Source: Selaginella moellendorffii
Lineage: Eukaryota; Plantae; Lycopodiophyta
Assembly: GCF_000143415.4 (NCBI RefSeq)
Contig: NW_003314752.1
Location: forward strand, 1 to 5,057
Direction of reading: 5' to 3'
DNA: 5,057 bases
How positions within the stretch are numbered: position 1 is the first letter of the stretch; the number at the start of each line of letters is the position of its first letter. Positions 4,091-5,057 of the stretch are shown here, one piece after another. The notes under the pieces were generated by a model. That model did no database searches, was not told where the DNA came from, and saw only the letters and a list, made by a program, of their open reading frames with translations. The position numbers and the translations under genes are program-made.

Positions 4091-5057
4091 ATCTTTTGTC
4101 TCTAACATCCAAAATATTTGACTTTTGCTTTGTTGTATTGGTGGAAGTTTTTTTGATAGAGTGATGTTGAAAGATCTAAGTATTATGTGTGTATGGTGTG
4201 GAAATGATGAAAATCCAAGATAAGGTATTTGTGATGATGGAATGCTGATTATGAAAGTGAATAGAGTGATGGTTTGTAAATATAAGTGGATAACCATTGC
4301 AAGATGACCACAAAATATGGCATTCTCCAAGTACAAAGAGGAGGATGTATTTCTAAAAGTGATAGAGATAAGAACCTATGAATAAAGGGGAAAAGCTAGA
4401 AGATGAACGAGCTCTTGAATGAGTGGAGTTAAGGCCACCCTAAGGTTGGAGGCCAAGATTGAGCTTGCATCTACAAGAGAAGGGTGCCTAAAAGGACATG
4501 AGAAACAAGTGAAAACAAAGAGAAAAAAAAAAAGCTAAAAACCTAAAGCATCACTAGTGATGAAGGTGGTGAGTTGAGCTTTTCCTAAGTGTTATTATGA
4601 AGGAGCTCGCCTCTGCAAGATGAAGGGAATCTTGGAGAAGGCCCTAGATTCCATGGAAAGCTAAACTAAAGTTAGGCATGATGATCCAAAGCTTGTGGTA
4701 TCGAGAGAATATCAACATAAGAGATGTTGATATGAGACTTGGAGCATGATGTCTAGCTATGCTGATTGCTCCTAGATAGGGAATGTTGATGCTGTTGAAG
4801 ATAAGAAAGTTGCCTTGAGTGTTTGTAGAACTCTGCTAGGCAAACAAAGTGTGGATTCTTGAGAAAGCTACCATGAAATTGAATGTGTTGTGTGGCTGTG
4901 GTTGGATTGGATCTTCATGATGAAAATGGTGTCTATGAAGACTCCATGCTTGATGACATCATACTGAGAATTGGAGCTGAAACGTGATGAAACCCAAAGC
5001 CATGTGACTGTGCAATGTTGTGTCAAAGCGGTTGAGTAGTGACTCAAGGGTGATATG
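4091..5057 (-). mobile_element. Decayed internal region of element C, right of the B insertion
   Basis: Same composition as 1896-2319 and joined to it once B and one TSD are removed. Stop-riddled codon-like stretches on the + strand. No RT, RNaseH or integrase motif recognised. Confidence 0.35.

Noticed and set aside
4696-4707. TGGTATCGAGAG as a tRNA-Met primer-binding site
   Set aside because: It differs from TGGTATCAGAGC and does not follow an LTR-ending CA.

Overview
Non-genic eukaryotic DNA, most likely land-plant heterochromatin, made of nested and related LTR-retrotransposon pieces. I find no credible gene, RNA gene or CRISPR array. (1) A young, GC-rich, CpG-retaining 1761-bp solo-LTR-like element B (2325-4085, TGTGAG...CTTACA) has a perfect 5-bp target-site duplication GTTGC. 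It carries a polarised 35-bp / 11-12-bp / 6-bp tandem array (2561-3094) that produces all the long low-complexity ORFs, and a palindrome-rich 773-bp module (3313-4085). (2) B interrupts the decayed internal region of an older minus-strand element C, whose probable polypurine tract (1883-1895) and short 3' LTR (1665-1880) survive and share a terminus with B. (3) At the left, a diverged relative of the 3313-4085 module (A: 834-~1404, second copy 1-336) is joined in the opposite orientation to a decayed B-like fragment (337-736). That junction is duplicated as a ~385-bp inverted repeat (1-384 / 786-1175) with a templated (TGGA)n/(TCCA)n filler at the breakpoint. All alignments were done by eye and no database search was possible.
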